Shown here piece by piece: positions 9,762 to 18,792 of a stretch of DNA of 64,000 nt (its first letter is position 1; each line of letters opens with the position of its first letter). The notes beneath the pieces were generated by a model, which saw nothing but the letters and a program-made list of their open reading frames with translations, had not been told where the DNA came from and searched no databases. The position numbers and the translations under genes are program-made. Origin of the DNA: Candidatus Acidiferrales bacterium (lineage in GTDB: Bacteria; Acidobacteriota; Terriglobia; Acidiferrales; UBA7541). The DNA is taken from positions 2,548 to 66,547 of the forward strand of contig JBAQYT010000135.1 in NCBI GenBank assembly GCA_049787175.1, read 5' to 3'.

Positions 9762-10224
9762 AGGTCAGTTTTTAGATCTCAACCCGGATAATGAGTAGGT
9801 TACAATACGCAGTCAGCGGCATGACGACGGCTCCGACCTATGATAGTGTTGCCCCATAATTCCGGGAGACTCAAGGTGGTGAATGACTGCGTAGGTGAGA
9901 TCGTAGGTTCGCGGAAGCTGGAGAATAGTTTTCGGGGGAACAAGCTGCAAACTATTCTGCTCCATGCGTGTTTAAGGAAGAGAACTGTAAGCAGGGGGAC
10001 ATGGAGGGGTTCTAACGGAGCGGATTTACACTGAACGTGTTCACGTGCCGCTTGTGGTGAGAAACCGGTAGGCAATTGCTAAGCGTGCGGTGTCTACGAC
10101 AATTGCGGCAGTTTGCGAAAGGCTTCCCCAGCGTTTTCGAATCTCGCGAAGATTTGTTTAAGACAAGCTCGAGCGTGACAGCAGCGGTCAAAAGACGGTG
10201 TAGGCGAACATTTGTGGAGAAACA

Positions 10225-11751
10225 ATGAGTACTGTTGCGCGTCCTACCGTGGCTCCGAAACGCCATCCTTGGAAGTCGGTTCCCGCCGACTGGTTAGACT
10301 CCAAAAATTCCAGAAAAAAGGAAATCGAACGCTGGGGTACAGTCCGTCGAATCTTCATCGATATGTTACTTGTCGGCGCCAGCGGCGTGGCTGCGTATTT
10401 TCTTCGTTTTTCGGGACTCCGCGCTTTTACGAGGCCGAATGTCTTTTCGCACCCCCTTGTACCTCAAACTCAAATGACTCAAGCCCAAATAACCGGAGTC
10501 TATTTGGGGTTTCTGCTTATTTATTTAGCCCTGCTCATACTCGGTGCTTATTCGCAGAAATTATACAGGATCGATCTGACGCGGCCTTGGTCGGCCGAAG
10601 TTCTACTGTTGACGCGCGCCGTGCTCATCGCCACGGTCATTCTTACGGCGTTTATTTACCTTTCGGGGATAAAGACTGTTTCTCGCATGATTGTGGGATC
10701 GACAGCCTTGTGCAGCGCGCTCACATTAAGCGGTTGGCGAGTTTGTCAACGGTACATGCTACGTCGCAGGCTAGCGAAGGGTATGGATATGCGGCATGCG
10801 CTCATTATTGGGGCAGGCGAAACTGGCATGATGCTGGCAGATTACCTCCAGCAAAATCGAGCTCTGGGATATGAGGTGCTGGGGTTCCTTGACTCAAACA
10901 GCCGTGGCGACCCGCGGATTCTGGGAGCACCTGAAGATCTGCCCCGTGCGGCGCGCCAATTTTTCATTGATGAAATTTTTATCACGATTCCATCCGACCG
11001 AGCATTGGTAAAACAACTCGCGCTCGGAGCTATGGAATTGAATTTAGGAGTCAAGGTAGTTCCTGAGCTCTACTACGGCCTGGAATGGGGCTGTCCGCTG
11101 GACTTCGTGGGCGATGTACCCGTTCGAGTTTTGCATCCGGAGCCTATACCCGCTTCCGGGCTTTTCCTGAAACGTATGACTGATGTAGTTGCTTCTACCC
11201 TCCTGTTGCTTTTGCTTTCGCCGGTTTTAGTCTTGATTGCTTTGGCTATCGCAATTGATTCGCCGGGTCCTATATTTTATCGGGCCTATCGCGTGGGTAG
11301 GAAGGGCCGTAAATTCCTTTGTTATAAGTTTCGAACCATGGTTCCTAATGCCGACGCGCTAAAAGAAAAATTAAGACATCTAAACGAGCGCCAAGGGCCC
11401 TTTTTCAAGATATCTAAAGATCCGAGATTAACGCGTCTTGGTGGTTTTCTTCGGAGATACAGTTTGGATGAAGTGCCCCAATTATGGAATGTACTGAAGG
11501 GAGAAATGAGCTTAGTCGGACCTCGGCCGCATCCGCTAGACGATGTCGAAAACTATACGCCAGAACACTTTCGCCGGCTGGAGGTAACGCCGGGCATCAC
11601 TGGTTTGTGGCAGATCGAGGCACGTCATGATCCATCCTTCGAAAAGACCATGACCCTCGACAACAAATACATTGAGCAGTGGAGTTATCTCCTCGATCTG
11701 CAGATCTTATTAAAAACCATTCCCGCCGTTTTTATGTACCCGGGCAGATAA
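10225..11751 (+). CDS. Polyprenyl-phosphate hexose-1-phosphate transferase (WbaP/exopolysaccharide priming glycosyltransferase)
   Basis: N-terminal TM helices, a central NAD-like linker, and the C-terminal 'bacterial sugar transferase' domain: 'YKFRTMVPNAD', 'DPRLTRLGGFLRRYSLDEVPQLWNVLKGEMSLVGPRPHP'. GGAGA RBS. Confidence 0.9.
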   Translation: MSTVARPTVAPKRHPWKSVPADWLDSKNSRKKEIERWGTVRRIFIDMLLVGASGVAAYFLRFSGLRAFTRPNVFSHPLVPQTQMTQAQITGVYLGFLLIYLALLILGAYSQKLYRIDLTRPWSAEVLLLTRAVLIATVILTAFIYLSGIKTVSRMIVGSTALCSALTLSGWRVCQRYMLRRRLAKGMDMRHALIIGAGETGMMLADYLQQNRALGYEVLGFLDSNSRGDPRILGAPEDLPRAARQFFIDEIFITIPSDRALVKQLALGAMELNLGVKVVPELYYGLEWGCPLDFVGDVPVRVLHPEPIPASGLFLKRMTDVVASTLLLLLLSPVLVLIALAIAIDSPGPIFYRAYRVGRKGRKFLCYKFRTMVPNADALKEKLRHLNERQGPFFKISKDPRLTRLGGFLRRYSLDEVPQLWNVLKGEMSLVGPRPHPLDDVENYTPEHFRRLEVTPGITGLWQIEARHDPSFEKTMTLDNKYIEQWSYLLDLQILLKTIPAVFMYPGR

Positions 11752-11868
11752 CTGCGTGGTAAATTAACATCCCGAGATTTCACCAGAATATCAAGGAGAG
11801 GAAAATAACGGGCGCGACACAATAGCCGCGCGATCTCGGGCTCCTTGGACAGGCGGGAAATAAAGGCT

Positions 11869-13356
11869 ATGCAAAAATGTCTTGGCGCTGTGCTTTTGCT
11901 CGTTGGAACCTCTGGCTTATCTGTGGCACACCTCAGAGCTCGAAAAATGGCCACAGCGACTTCCCCTTCAAGCGACGCAATTCAGTATGTTTCAAATGAT
12001 GGAAATGATTCAAATGATGGCCTGACGTGGGGTAGCCCAAAGGCCACGATCCCGGCAGCCCTTGCTGCTCTTCCTCCTGGAGGAGGCACAATGATAACGG
12101 CGCCGGGCTACAGGGTTAGCTTCAGCTCTCAGATCTTAGTTGGCGGCTCGGCTACATCAAACCGCAAATACGTAAAACTCGCGCTTGGAGCGGGCAGCGT
12201 GCTCACTTGGACTGGCACAGGATGCGCAATATCCATCCCGAACGGAAGCTCGGTCACCGGCGATGACACACTCGGTGGAAGTTGGCCGTCGATTGTTCTA
12301 GGGCCATCTGCCAGACCGCCCCTTCTCTGTAATTCAGACTCGAGCGGCGCTCAGCAGTACTTTGCAGCAAGTGGGTTAGCGGTTGTGGGAAATGGCGCGA
12401 CGAATCAAACGGCTCCTTTAGTGAGAATAACTTCAGTATTTGACACCTCGCACCTACGAGACTTCCAAGCCTGGCATTGGGGTGGCCCTATTCTACAGCT
12501 CTCGAGCGGTACCGCTTCGGGCGCTATTCTCGGACCGTTCTCTTGCTACAACTGCTGGCTAAACGGCGATTTCATTAGTGGATCACAGCCGGTGGTTATC
12601 TCCCAGCCTTCCCCGGACAATATAATCATTTCCGTTAATTTTGTGGGCGGTTCGATCACGGATGCAGGAAACGGAAATTCGGAACTCACATGTTCTGGCG
12701 CGGAGTCTCCTGGGGTCTTCATTACTGGCGTTGGATTATTCGGAACTTACTTGGAAAACCACTATGCCGCCTCCGATGCGATGGATTTCCAAAATTGCGG
12801 GTTTACTCTTTCAAACGTTGTGGTGGGAGGAATAGGAGGCACGAACGTCGTGAAGATCTCCCAAATGACGGGCGATGCAATTCCCTCGATTATCCTGGGA
12901 TTGCAGGATGCAAGCATCGGAAGATTTATGCATACGATCAACAATACCGTCACCGGACTTGTCTACAGTGCGCCCGGTGGAAGTCTGCCCTTCTATACAT
13001 TCGCTCAGCCTGGATACATAGGCGCGCAAGCAATATTTGACAATATGGACATTTCAACAGGGTCGTCTTGCACATCTGCTAGCTCTCCAGCTAACTGCGG
13101 TTCTGCCGCGGCAGGAAGCTTCGTTATCCGAGCCGACTCTACCTCTGTTGTAGTCGATACCGCTGTCGTGACCGCCAATTCGCAAATCCTAGTCACGTTC
13201 GACTCAAGTTTGGGCGCGAAACTCGGTGTCACTTGCAATACCACTTATGCAGCACCGTGGGTGTCGCAAAGAACTCCTGGAGCAAGCTTTACAGTTAGCG
13301 CAGCCACCGCCCCGCAAACAAATCCGGCATGTTACAGCTATGCCGTCATCAACTGA
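11869..13356 (+). CDS. Secreted right-handed beta-helix (pectate-lyase-fold, DUF1565-like) protein
   Basis: Signal-like N-terminus 'MQKCLGAVLLLVGTSGLSVA', then 'YVSNDGNDSNDGLTWGSPKATIPAALAALPPGGG', the DUF1565/beta-helix entry motif. The body is Gly/Ser/Asn/Thr-rich and repetitive. Confidence 0.6.
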   Translation: MQKCLGAVLLLVGTSGLSVAHLRARKMATATSPSSDAIQYVSNDGNDSNDGLTWGSPKATIPAALAALPPGGGTMITAPGYRVSFSSQILVGGSATSNRKYVKLALGAGSVLTWTGTGCAISIPNGSSVTGDDTLGGSWPSIVLGPSARPPLLCNSDSSGAQQYFAASGLAVVGNGATNQTAPLVRITSVFDTSHLRDFQAWHWGGPILQLSSGTASGAILGPFSCYNCWLNGDFISGSQPVVISQPSPDNIIISVNFVGGSITDAGNGNSELTCSGAESPGVFITGVGLFGTYLENHYAASDAMDFQNCGFTLSNVVVGGIGGTNVVKISQMTGDAIPSIILGLQDASIGRFMHTINNTVTGLVYSAPGGSLPFYTFAQPGYIGAQAIFDNMDISTGSSCTSASSPANCGSAAAGSFVIRADSTSVVVDTAVVTANSQILVTFDSSLGAKLGVTCNTTYAAPWVSQRTPGASFTVSAATAPQTNPACYSYAVIN

Positions 13357-13381
13357 ACCAATAGGGCTTCTGGGGCTCGCT

Positions 13382-15280
13382 CTAGGGTACGCTCCCCCGC
13401 TTTCTGTCAGATGCTTCAGAAGCAGTTAGGGCCTCTTGAGTCCACTCTACTCCTGGATACAGACTTGGAATGCGGAAAGCCCGATAGGCTAAAGGACCTT
13501 TAATGTCCATCTGCCAGACAAGCTGAGGATTCGCTCCCTGAGTCATTTCTTGGACATATGACATGCCCGGTGTATGCAGATCGAACGCGACGTCATACTC
13601 CAGGTCTCCATTCGAAACGAATTGGGCGTCCCCGCAGCAAATCGAATATGCCGAGAGATTCTGTGCCGCTTGGAGCTGTGCCGTTTTCGTATACTCATTC
13701 ACCTGAAATACGGGCACGTCACTATAGCAATTTACGGTACCAGCGGTGCCGCAGATGTCATCGTTTGCATCCGCTAATCTATTGTTTCCATTGTCAAAGA
13801 ACATTAACGAGAACACCCCGGCGCTGTTTGTGCTGACGATAGAAGGATAATGCTGTCCATAATTCCACTGTAGGGGTTCCTCGTCGCTGGGCAATGTGAA
13901 GTCGCCTTGATATCCGAAGTGCCACAGAATGCTTCCGTCTCCCGCGCCATTTTCGTAGTTGATCTTGACGATCCAATTTTGGTTACGCATGGAAAGCAGA
14001 AGGTTTCCGTCGTCTGGTGAATATACGAGTGCATTTGAATGAGTCCAGTCCGCGATTCCATTAGCGATGCCGTACGGAATGCGGCTTGGATTAAGGTGGT
14101 CGAATGTCGACCACGTCCACACCGGAGAGGCGGTCTTTGGGTCCCAGTCCACAAGAGCGTCCCCGGTCACTATCGTGCCGACCGGCAATCCCGGCTGATT
14201 GTTAAAGGTTTTGTTGTAGTCGGTCAGAAGAATAAAATGCCCATTAGGCAACTCCAAAACGTCGTGATGAAACGACGCGCCTTGGAATGGCACACCCAGG
14301 GAACTGAGACCACTGTTTAGTTCTTTGAGTGTAATTCGACTGATAATATTACCTGCTAAATCGACCTCCTGTACTTCGTTCAGATTTGCGGAACCAGCCG
14401 GGATTCCGCCTGAAGAATCTGTCACCGGCGAAGCTACCACCAGCATGTGGCCATTGGGTAATAATTTCATCGGGAACGGCCATTCGCCGGACCCAATGTT
14501 GTAATACCAAATAACATTTCCCGCCAAATCCGTCACTACTGCTGTAAGCTCTCCTTTCCCATCCGTAGGATCCAAACAGAGCAGCTCGACACCGGGTGCT
14601 GGCGCGGTGCCGGCAGTTTGTTGGACCGTAATGTTCGAAATAGGGGCTGGTAGGGTGCCCGTCGTAAACTTATGGTCGCTGTCGGACACCTGTGTCCCAT
14701 CAGACAGATGAATCAAAGCTTGCATGTGATATGTCGTGCTGGCTCGCATTCCAGCCACAAAGATACTCACGGTTCCGCCGCCATCGGGAGCTGGCTGCGC
14801 CCACGTTTTAAGGCCATAATTGCTGCTTTGACCGAATTGAATCTGGACGCTTGCTCCCTCTGGTGCCTGAATCGAGTATGATGCTACAAGCGGATTGCTC
14901 GTGGAATTCACCGTGCCTGGAGCGAATTTCGAAGGATTGAAAACTTGAACGAAACCGGGCGTCGACGGTACGTGGTCCGCTGGAATCTCTGCAGTGACAG
15001 TCGCACTCTCCACGGTAGGATTGGTAGGTGCGGTGTAGAGGCCGGTCGAACTAATCATTCCCGTTGATCCAGAACCTCCCAAGACCCCATTGACCATCCA
15101 CACTACCTGTGTAGTCGGCGATCCGTTTAGACTAGCCGTAAACTGAACTGCCTGGCCAGCCAAGACAACCGCCTGGGAAGGAGTAACAACGGGCGTGGAG
15201 TTTCTGGCGCAACCCGAAAGCAAGCACACGCCACCAAGTATCGAACTCAGAAGCAAAAATCTCCTCTTATCGTTTCTCAA
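13382..15280 (-). CDS. Lipoprotein with Ig-like domain and arylsulfotransferase (ASST)-like beta-propeller
   Basis: 'DWTHSNALVYSPDDGNLLLSMRNQNWIVKINYENGAGDGSILWHFG' and 'HHDVLELPNGHFILL' resemble ASST-family propellers. Lipobox 'LLSGC' follows 'KRRFLLL'. I prefer the TTG start at 15280, with GGGAGGA 5 nt upstream; the track ORF extends to a GTG at 15379. Confidence 0.65.
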   Translation of the reverse strand: MRNDKRRFLLLSSILGGVCLLSGCARNSTPVVTPSQAVVLAGQAVQFTASLNGSPTTQVVWMVNGVLGGSGSTGMISSTGLYTAPTNPTVESATVTAEIPADHVPSTPGFVQVFNPSKFAPGTVNSTSNPLVASYSIQAPEGASVQIQFGQSSNYGLKTWAQPAPDGGGTVSIFVAGMRASTTYHMQALIHLSDGTQVSDSDHKFTTGTLPAPISNITVQQTAGTAPAPGVELLCLDPTDGKGELTAVVTDLAGNVIWYYNIGSGEWPFPMKLLPNGHMLVVASPVTDSSGGIPAGSANLNEVQEVDLAGNIISRITLKELNSGLSSLGVPFQGASFHHDVLELPNGHFILLTDYNKTFNNQPGLPVGTIVTGDALVDWDPKTASPVWTWSTFDHLNPSRIPYGIANGIADWTHSNALVYSPDDGNLLLSMRNQNWIVKINYENGAGDGSILWHFGYQGDFTLPSDEEPLQWNYGQHYPSIVSTNSAGVFSLMFFDNGNNRLADANDDICGTAGTVNCYSDVPVFQVNEYTKTAQLQAAQNLSAYSICCGDAQFVSNGDLEYDVAFDLHTPGMSYVQEMTQGANPQLVWQMDIKGPLAYRAFRIPSLYPGVEWTQEALTASEASDRKRGSVP

Positions 15281-15602
15281 TCTGATCCTCCCAAGCAAGG
15301 ATGCACTTAAATTTCCCGAAAGAAGAAAGACACCCCTACAAATAAAAAGAATTACTCTTAATCGAAGGAAAAGTTCCACAATTTCGATGTATCGGTACGG
15401 CCCAAGAACTTACCCTATTTCCGTGAACCAGCGAAGGGGAAAATCACAGGGCCATCCATATTCGTCAGCCGGCGTATAGAGCTGTTCGCCAGGACAGGTT
15501 CCTCCCAAGGGAAAAATAACAAGTACCGGCCCCGCACGACGAATGCCTTCGATATCCTGGTATTTCAGACGCTTCTTCTTGTCCAGAGGAGCAGGCCGGC
15601 CA

Positions 15603-16433
15603 ATGCTCACATGTCCAAATTGCGGTTACAAACAATCCAGCGGAGACAGATGCCAGAAATGTTCGTCGCTATTTTCGTATTACTCCCCATCTAAGGCGCA
15701 GGACGAAGCTTCGGGACAGGAAGCCGTGGGAGCCCCGCCTGCTTCGCCGGTTAGCAACGCGGAGCCAGCGGAAGGATTCTTCATTCCGTGGCGGACAGCC
15801 TATCGCGTAATGAGCGGGATAAGCCTCGCGCTGCTTCTCGCCGTGGTTTTCCTGATCTTTCACAAAGCCGCTCCGCCGCAAGTACGCATTGATCCGCAAG
15901 CAGCCGCGCGCGCGGCTGCGAAGCTCTCGGAAGCGCAGACTGCGGCGCAGCAAAACCAGCCGCATCAGGTCACGCTCGATTCCACGGAAGTGAATTCATA
16001 TCTGAATTCGAACTTACAACTTGCAAATGCTGCAGCAAAGTCCGACGCAACTTCGGACGCGGCAGCGAATCCGGCCGCAACGCCTGCGGCATCCGCAGAG
16101 GCTCCTGCTGCCGAGCCGACCATCGACGACGTACAGTCAGCGGTGAAAGACGTCAAAGTAGACATGGTCGGCGATCTGGTGAAGGCGTATGTGACGTTCG
16201 ATTTTCACGGCAAAGACATGTCGCTCGAGCTCGACGGGCATCTTTCTTCGGCGGACGGCTATTTGCACTTCGAGCCCACGGCAGGGGAACTCGGCTCGCT
16301 TCCGTTGCCGCAATCGACGCTCGACGCCGCTGTCGATAAAATGATGTCGTCGCCGGAAAATCGCGAGAAGATGCGCCTGCCGCCCGGCATAAATAGTATT
16401 AAGGTCGTGAACGGCCAGGTGGTTGTCAATTAG
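15603..16433 (+). CDS. Zinc-ribbon / single-TM / Ala-rich membrane protein of unknown function
   Basis: 'MLTCPNCGYKQSSGDRCQKCSS' (CxxC-N11-CxxC), a TM helix 'ISLALLLAVVFLIF', an Ala/Gln-rich low-complexity segment, then a ~110-aa C-terminal domain. Confidence 0.5.
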   Translation: MLTCPNCGYKQSSGDRCQKCSSLFSYYSPSKAQDEASGQEAVGAPPASPVSNAEPAEGFFIPWRTAYRVMSGISLALLLAVVFLIFHKAAPPQVRIDPQAAARAAAKLSEAQTAAQQNQPHQVTLDSTEVNSYLNSNLQLANAAAKSDATSDAAANPAATPAASAEAPAAEPTIDDVQSAVKDVKVDMVGDLVKAYVTFDFHGKDMSLELDGHLSSADGYLHFEPTAGELGSLPLPQSTLDAAVDKMMSSPENREKMRLPPGINSIKVVNGQVVVN

Positions 16434-16459
16434 CAGCGGAACAGCAGCCGCAAATCGCA

Positions 16460-16497
16460 CTGCGCAGCGGCCAAAACTTTGCTGAGCGGCCGCGCAG
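16460..16497. terminator. GC-rich imperfect hairpin between convergent genes (possible bidirectional terminator)
   Basis: CTGCGCaGCgGC ... GCgGCcGCGCAG gives 10 pairs with 2 mismatches and a 14-nt loop. It lies in the 81-nt gap between the stops at 16433 (+) and 16515 (-). The U-tracts are weak. Confidence 0.3.
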
Positions 16498-16514
16498 ATT
16501 TCCCGGCATCCCCC

Positions 16515-18374
16515 TCAGGAAAATAATTCCAGGATTTCTTCGTAGCGCTTAAACGGCGGAATCAAATAGGCGCCGGGCATTTCCGTTCGCGCCCAATCCA
16601 GCATGCGCCGCGCCAACTGAAATCCGCGATCGCGCGCGGATGCGCCTGCCGATTCCATTTCCTTCAAAGTCGCTTCCGGTATCAGAATTCCGGGTACCTC
16701 GTTGTTCAAACGCAGGGCTTGTTTGTAACTCGTCAGCGGCCACAAGCCAACGAGCACCGGTATCGGCGATTTTCCGCCAATTTTTTTCAGGAACGCGTGC
16801 CAGTGCTCCGGGTCAAAAATCGGCTGGGTCATGGCGAAGTGCGCTCCCGCTTCCACTTTGGCGAAGAACCGCCGGATTTCTTCTTCGATGTCGTCGGCCA
16901 CCGGATTCACAGCGACGCCGATGGTAAAGTTCGTGGCCCCGCCGAGATTTTTTCCGGCCCAATCCGTTCCTTGATTAAGCCGCGCGAGCACTTTGACCAA
17001 GCCAGTCGAATCCACCTCGTAGACGCCGCTCGTTTCCGGATGATCGCCGAGCGAAGGCGGATCGCCGGTGATGGCCAGCACATTGCGGACACCTCCGACG
17101 GACCACGCGCCCAGCAGCATTGCTTGCAGACCAATAATGTTTGCGTCGCGCGTGGTGAGGTGCGGCACGGTTTCAATTCCGTGCGCTTCCAGAGCGCCCG
17201 CCAGAACAAGGGCATCCATGCCAACACGCGCCAGCGTGCCGCTATTGATGTCGATGACGTCCACGTTGCCGGAAGCCGTCACGCGCTTCACCTGTTCGAG
17301 CACGCGATCGATGCTGGTGCCCTTGGGCGGATCGATTTCCACGGACACCGCGAATTTGCCAGCCTGAATTTTCCGCCAGAACTGGCTTTCGGGCTCGCGC
17401 GTTGCCAAGCGCCGCGTTTTTTCGCGAGGCTCGAGAGTTTCTTCCGCGATGCCCGGAGCCGAAACATGCGCGGCACTCGAGGGACGAAGATTCTTGACTG
17501 CCTCCACCATGGCGCGGATGTGCTCCGGCGTGCTTCCGCAGCAGCCGCCGAGGATGCGCACGCCCAGCGCGGCGGCATCGCGCGCGAAATCCGCGAAATA
17601 TTCGGGCGACGATTTGGGATAAACAATGCGGTCGCCGACGCGCTTTGGAAACCCTGCGTTCGGCATGGCGCTCAACGGCAACTTCGAATCGTTGATCGAA
17701 TTGGCAATCTCGCGAAGAATCGGCAGGAGGAGCTGGGGACCGATGGTGCAATTGGCGCCGATGACTTGAACGTTTTTCGGCTTCAGTCTGGCAACGGCAT
17801 CTTCCGGCCGCGTGCCATCAAAGGTGCTGCCTTCTTCCGAATAGGTGAGCTGAGCAACGATCGGCGATTTCGAGAAAGAGCGGATGGCGTCGATGGCGGC
17901 GAGAAGCTCTTCCAGTTCGCCAAAAGTTTCGAGGATAAATAAATCCGCGCCACGCTCTTCGAGGGCCAGAGCCTGCTCGCGGAATATTTCGCGGATTTCG
18001 CCGGGGGGAAGCTCCTTGGCCTGGCGCTGCGTTCCGAGAGGGCCAATCGAACCGGCAATCAGGACTTCGTGGCGCGAGGCCTCGCGAGCTTCACGCGCGA
18101 TTTTCACGCCGCGATGGTTGAGTTCGGCGACGCGATCACCGAGACCAATCGCAGCGAGCTTGCGGCGGTTCGCGCCGAAGGTATTCGTTTCCAGAATTTG
18201 CGCGCCGGCTTCGAGATAGGCCTGATGCACGCGGAAAACGGCTTCGGGCTGCGTGGAATTCAACTCGTCGAGGCAGCGCTGCGGCCCCAAGATTTCGTAG
18301 AGCATCGAGCCCATGGCGCCATCGCCGACAAGAACGGCGTTGCGGAGGCGATCGTTGAATTCTTCAATTTTCAT
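16515..18374 (-). CDS. Bifunctional homocysteine S-methyltransferase / 5,10-methylenetetrahydrofolate reductase (YitJ-type)
   Basis: The N-terminal half matches the Hcy-binding S-methyltransferase domain ('ETNTFGAN', 'GANCT', 'GGCCGSTPEHI'). The C-terminal half matches MetF/MTHFR ('DVIDINSG', 'ETVPHLTTRD', 'NVLAITGDPP'). Confidence 0.9.
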   Translation of the reverse strand: MKIEEFNDRLRNAVLVGDGAMGSMLYEILGPQRCLDELNSTQPEAVFRVHQAYLEAGAQILETNTFGANRRKLAAIGLGDRVAELNHRGVKIAREAREASRHEVLIAGSIGPLGTQRQAKELPPGEIREIFREQALALEERGADLFILETFGELEELLAAIDAIRSFSKSPIVAQLTYSEEGSTFDGTRPEDAVARLKPKNVQVIGANCTIGPQLLLPILREIANSINDSKLPLSAMPNAGFPKRVGDRIVYPKSSPEYFADFARDAAALGVRILGGCCGSTPEHIRAMVEAVKNLRPSSAAHVSAPGIAEETLEPREKTRRLATREPESQFWRKIQAGKFAVSVEIDPPKGTSIDRVLEQVKRVTASGNVDVIDINSGTLARVGMDALVLAGALEAHGIETVPHLTTRDANIIGLQAMLLGAWSVGGVRNVLAITGDPPSLGDHPETSGVYEVDSTGLVKVLARLNQGTDWAGKNLGGATNFTIGVAVNPVADDIEEEIRRFFAKVEAGAHFAMTQPIFDPEHWHAFLKKIGGKSPIPVLVGLWPLTSYKQALRLNNEVPGILIPEATLKEMESAGASARDRGFQLARRMLDWARTEMPGAYLIPPFKRYEEILELFS

Positions 18375-18736
18375 TGTGGGCGATGCTCCGGTTGGGAGCG
18401 GCGATCCTCCTCAAAAAGGGAACGGGCAGTATAGCATTGACGCTCGCGAGAGCGGTGGATGGCGGGGCGAACGGGATATGAAAAATGGGATTTGGGTGTA
18501 ATCGGGACAAGGAAAAAAGCCGCATTTCAGTCCCGATTAGAAAATGTTTTCTCCTTTGTTTTGCGTGAATTAGGAATTGGCGACTTGTGTTCCAGTGTCC
18601 GATTAAAAAAACCATAGATTTGGGTAGAAAAGTTACCTGGGAGGGGGTTTGGAGGACTAGGCAGAGGGGAAGCTCCACCGAGAAATCCTTAAGAGGGCGA
18701 TTGAGATGACGGATTGACGCATCGGAGTCACGACCC

Positions 18737-18765
18737 TATATAGCATGAGTTAACCAGATTGTCAA
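18737..18765 (-). promoter_or_regulatory. Near-consensus sigma-70-type promoter (TTGACA-17 nt-TATATA) about 355 nt upstream of the metF-fusion gene
   Basis: The minus strand reads aggtaTTGACAatctggttaactcatgcTATATAgggtcg. The -35 lies at 18760-18765 and the -10 at 18737-18742, with an exact 17-nt spacer. Such a match is rare in this GC-rich context. Confidence 0.45.
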
Positions 18766-18792
18766 TACCTAAGCGAGAGGGCGACTAGTGGC

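Noticed and set aside
16719-17942. 407-aa plus-strand ORF inside the homocysteine methyltransferase/MTHFR gene
   Set aside because: It is antisense to a gene with unambiguous domain motifs. The translation is Arg/Gly/Ala-rich and low in complexity.
18499-18539. The 10-bp perfect inverted repeat considered as a Rho-independent terminator of the upstream small-gene pair
   Set aside because: The 21-nt loop is too long, and the nearest U-run on the transcribed strand begins about 13 nt after the stem. It also lies downstream of the strong promoter at 18737-18765, so I treat it as part of the leader structure.
18375-18730. Tested the leader for a SAM-I (S-box) riboswitch, because B. subtilis yitJ has one
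   Set aside because: I could not find the S-box core (CUUAUCAAGAG...GGUGGAGGGA...GGCAACC...GGUGCUAA...AGAUAAG) or convincing SAM-II or cobalamin cores by eye. I keep it only as an unclassified structured leader.
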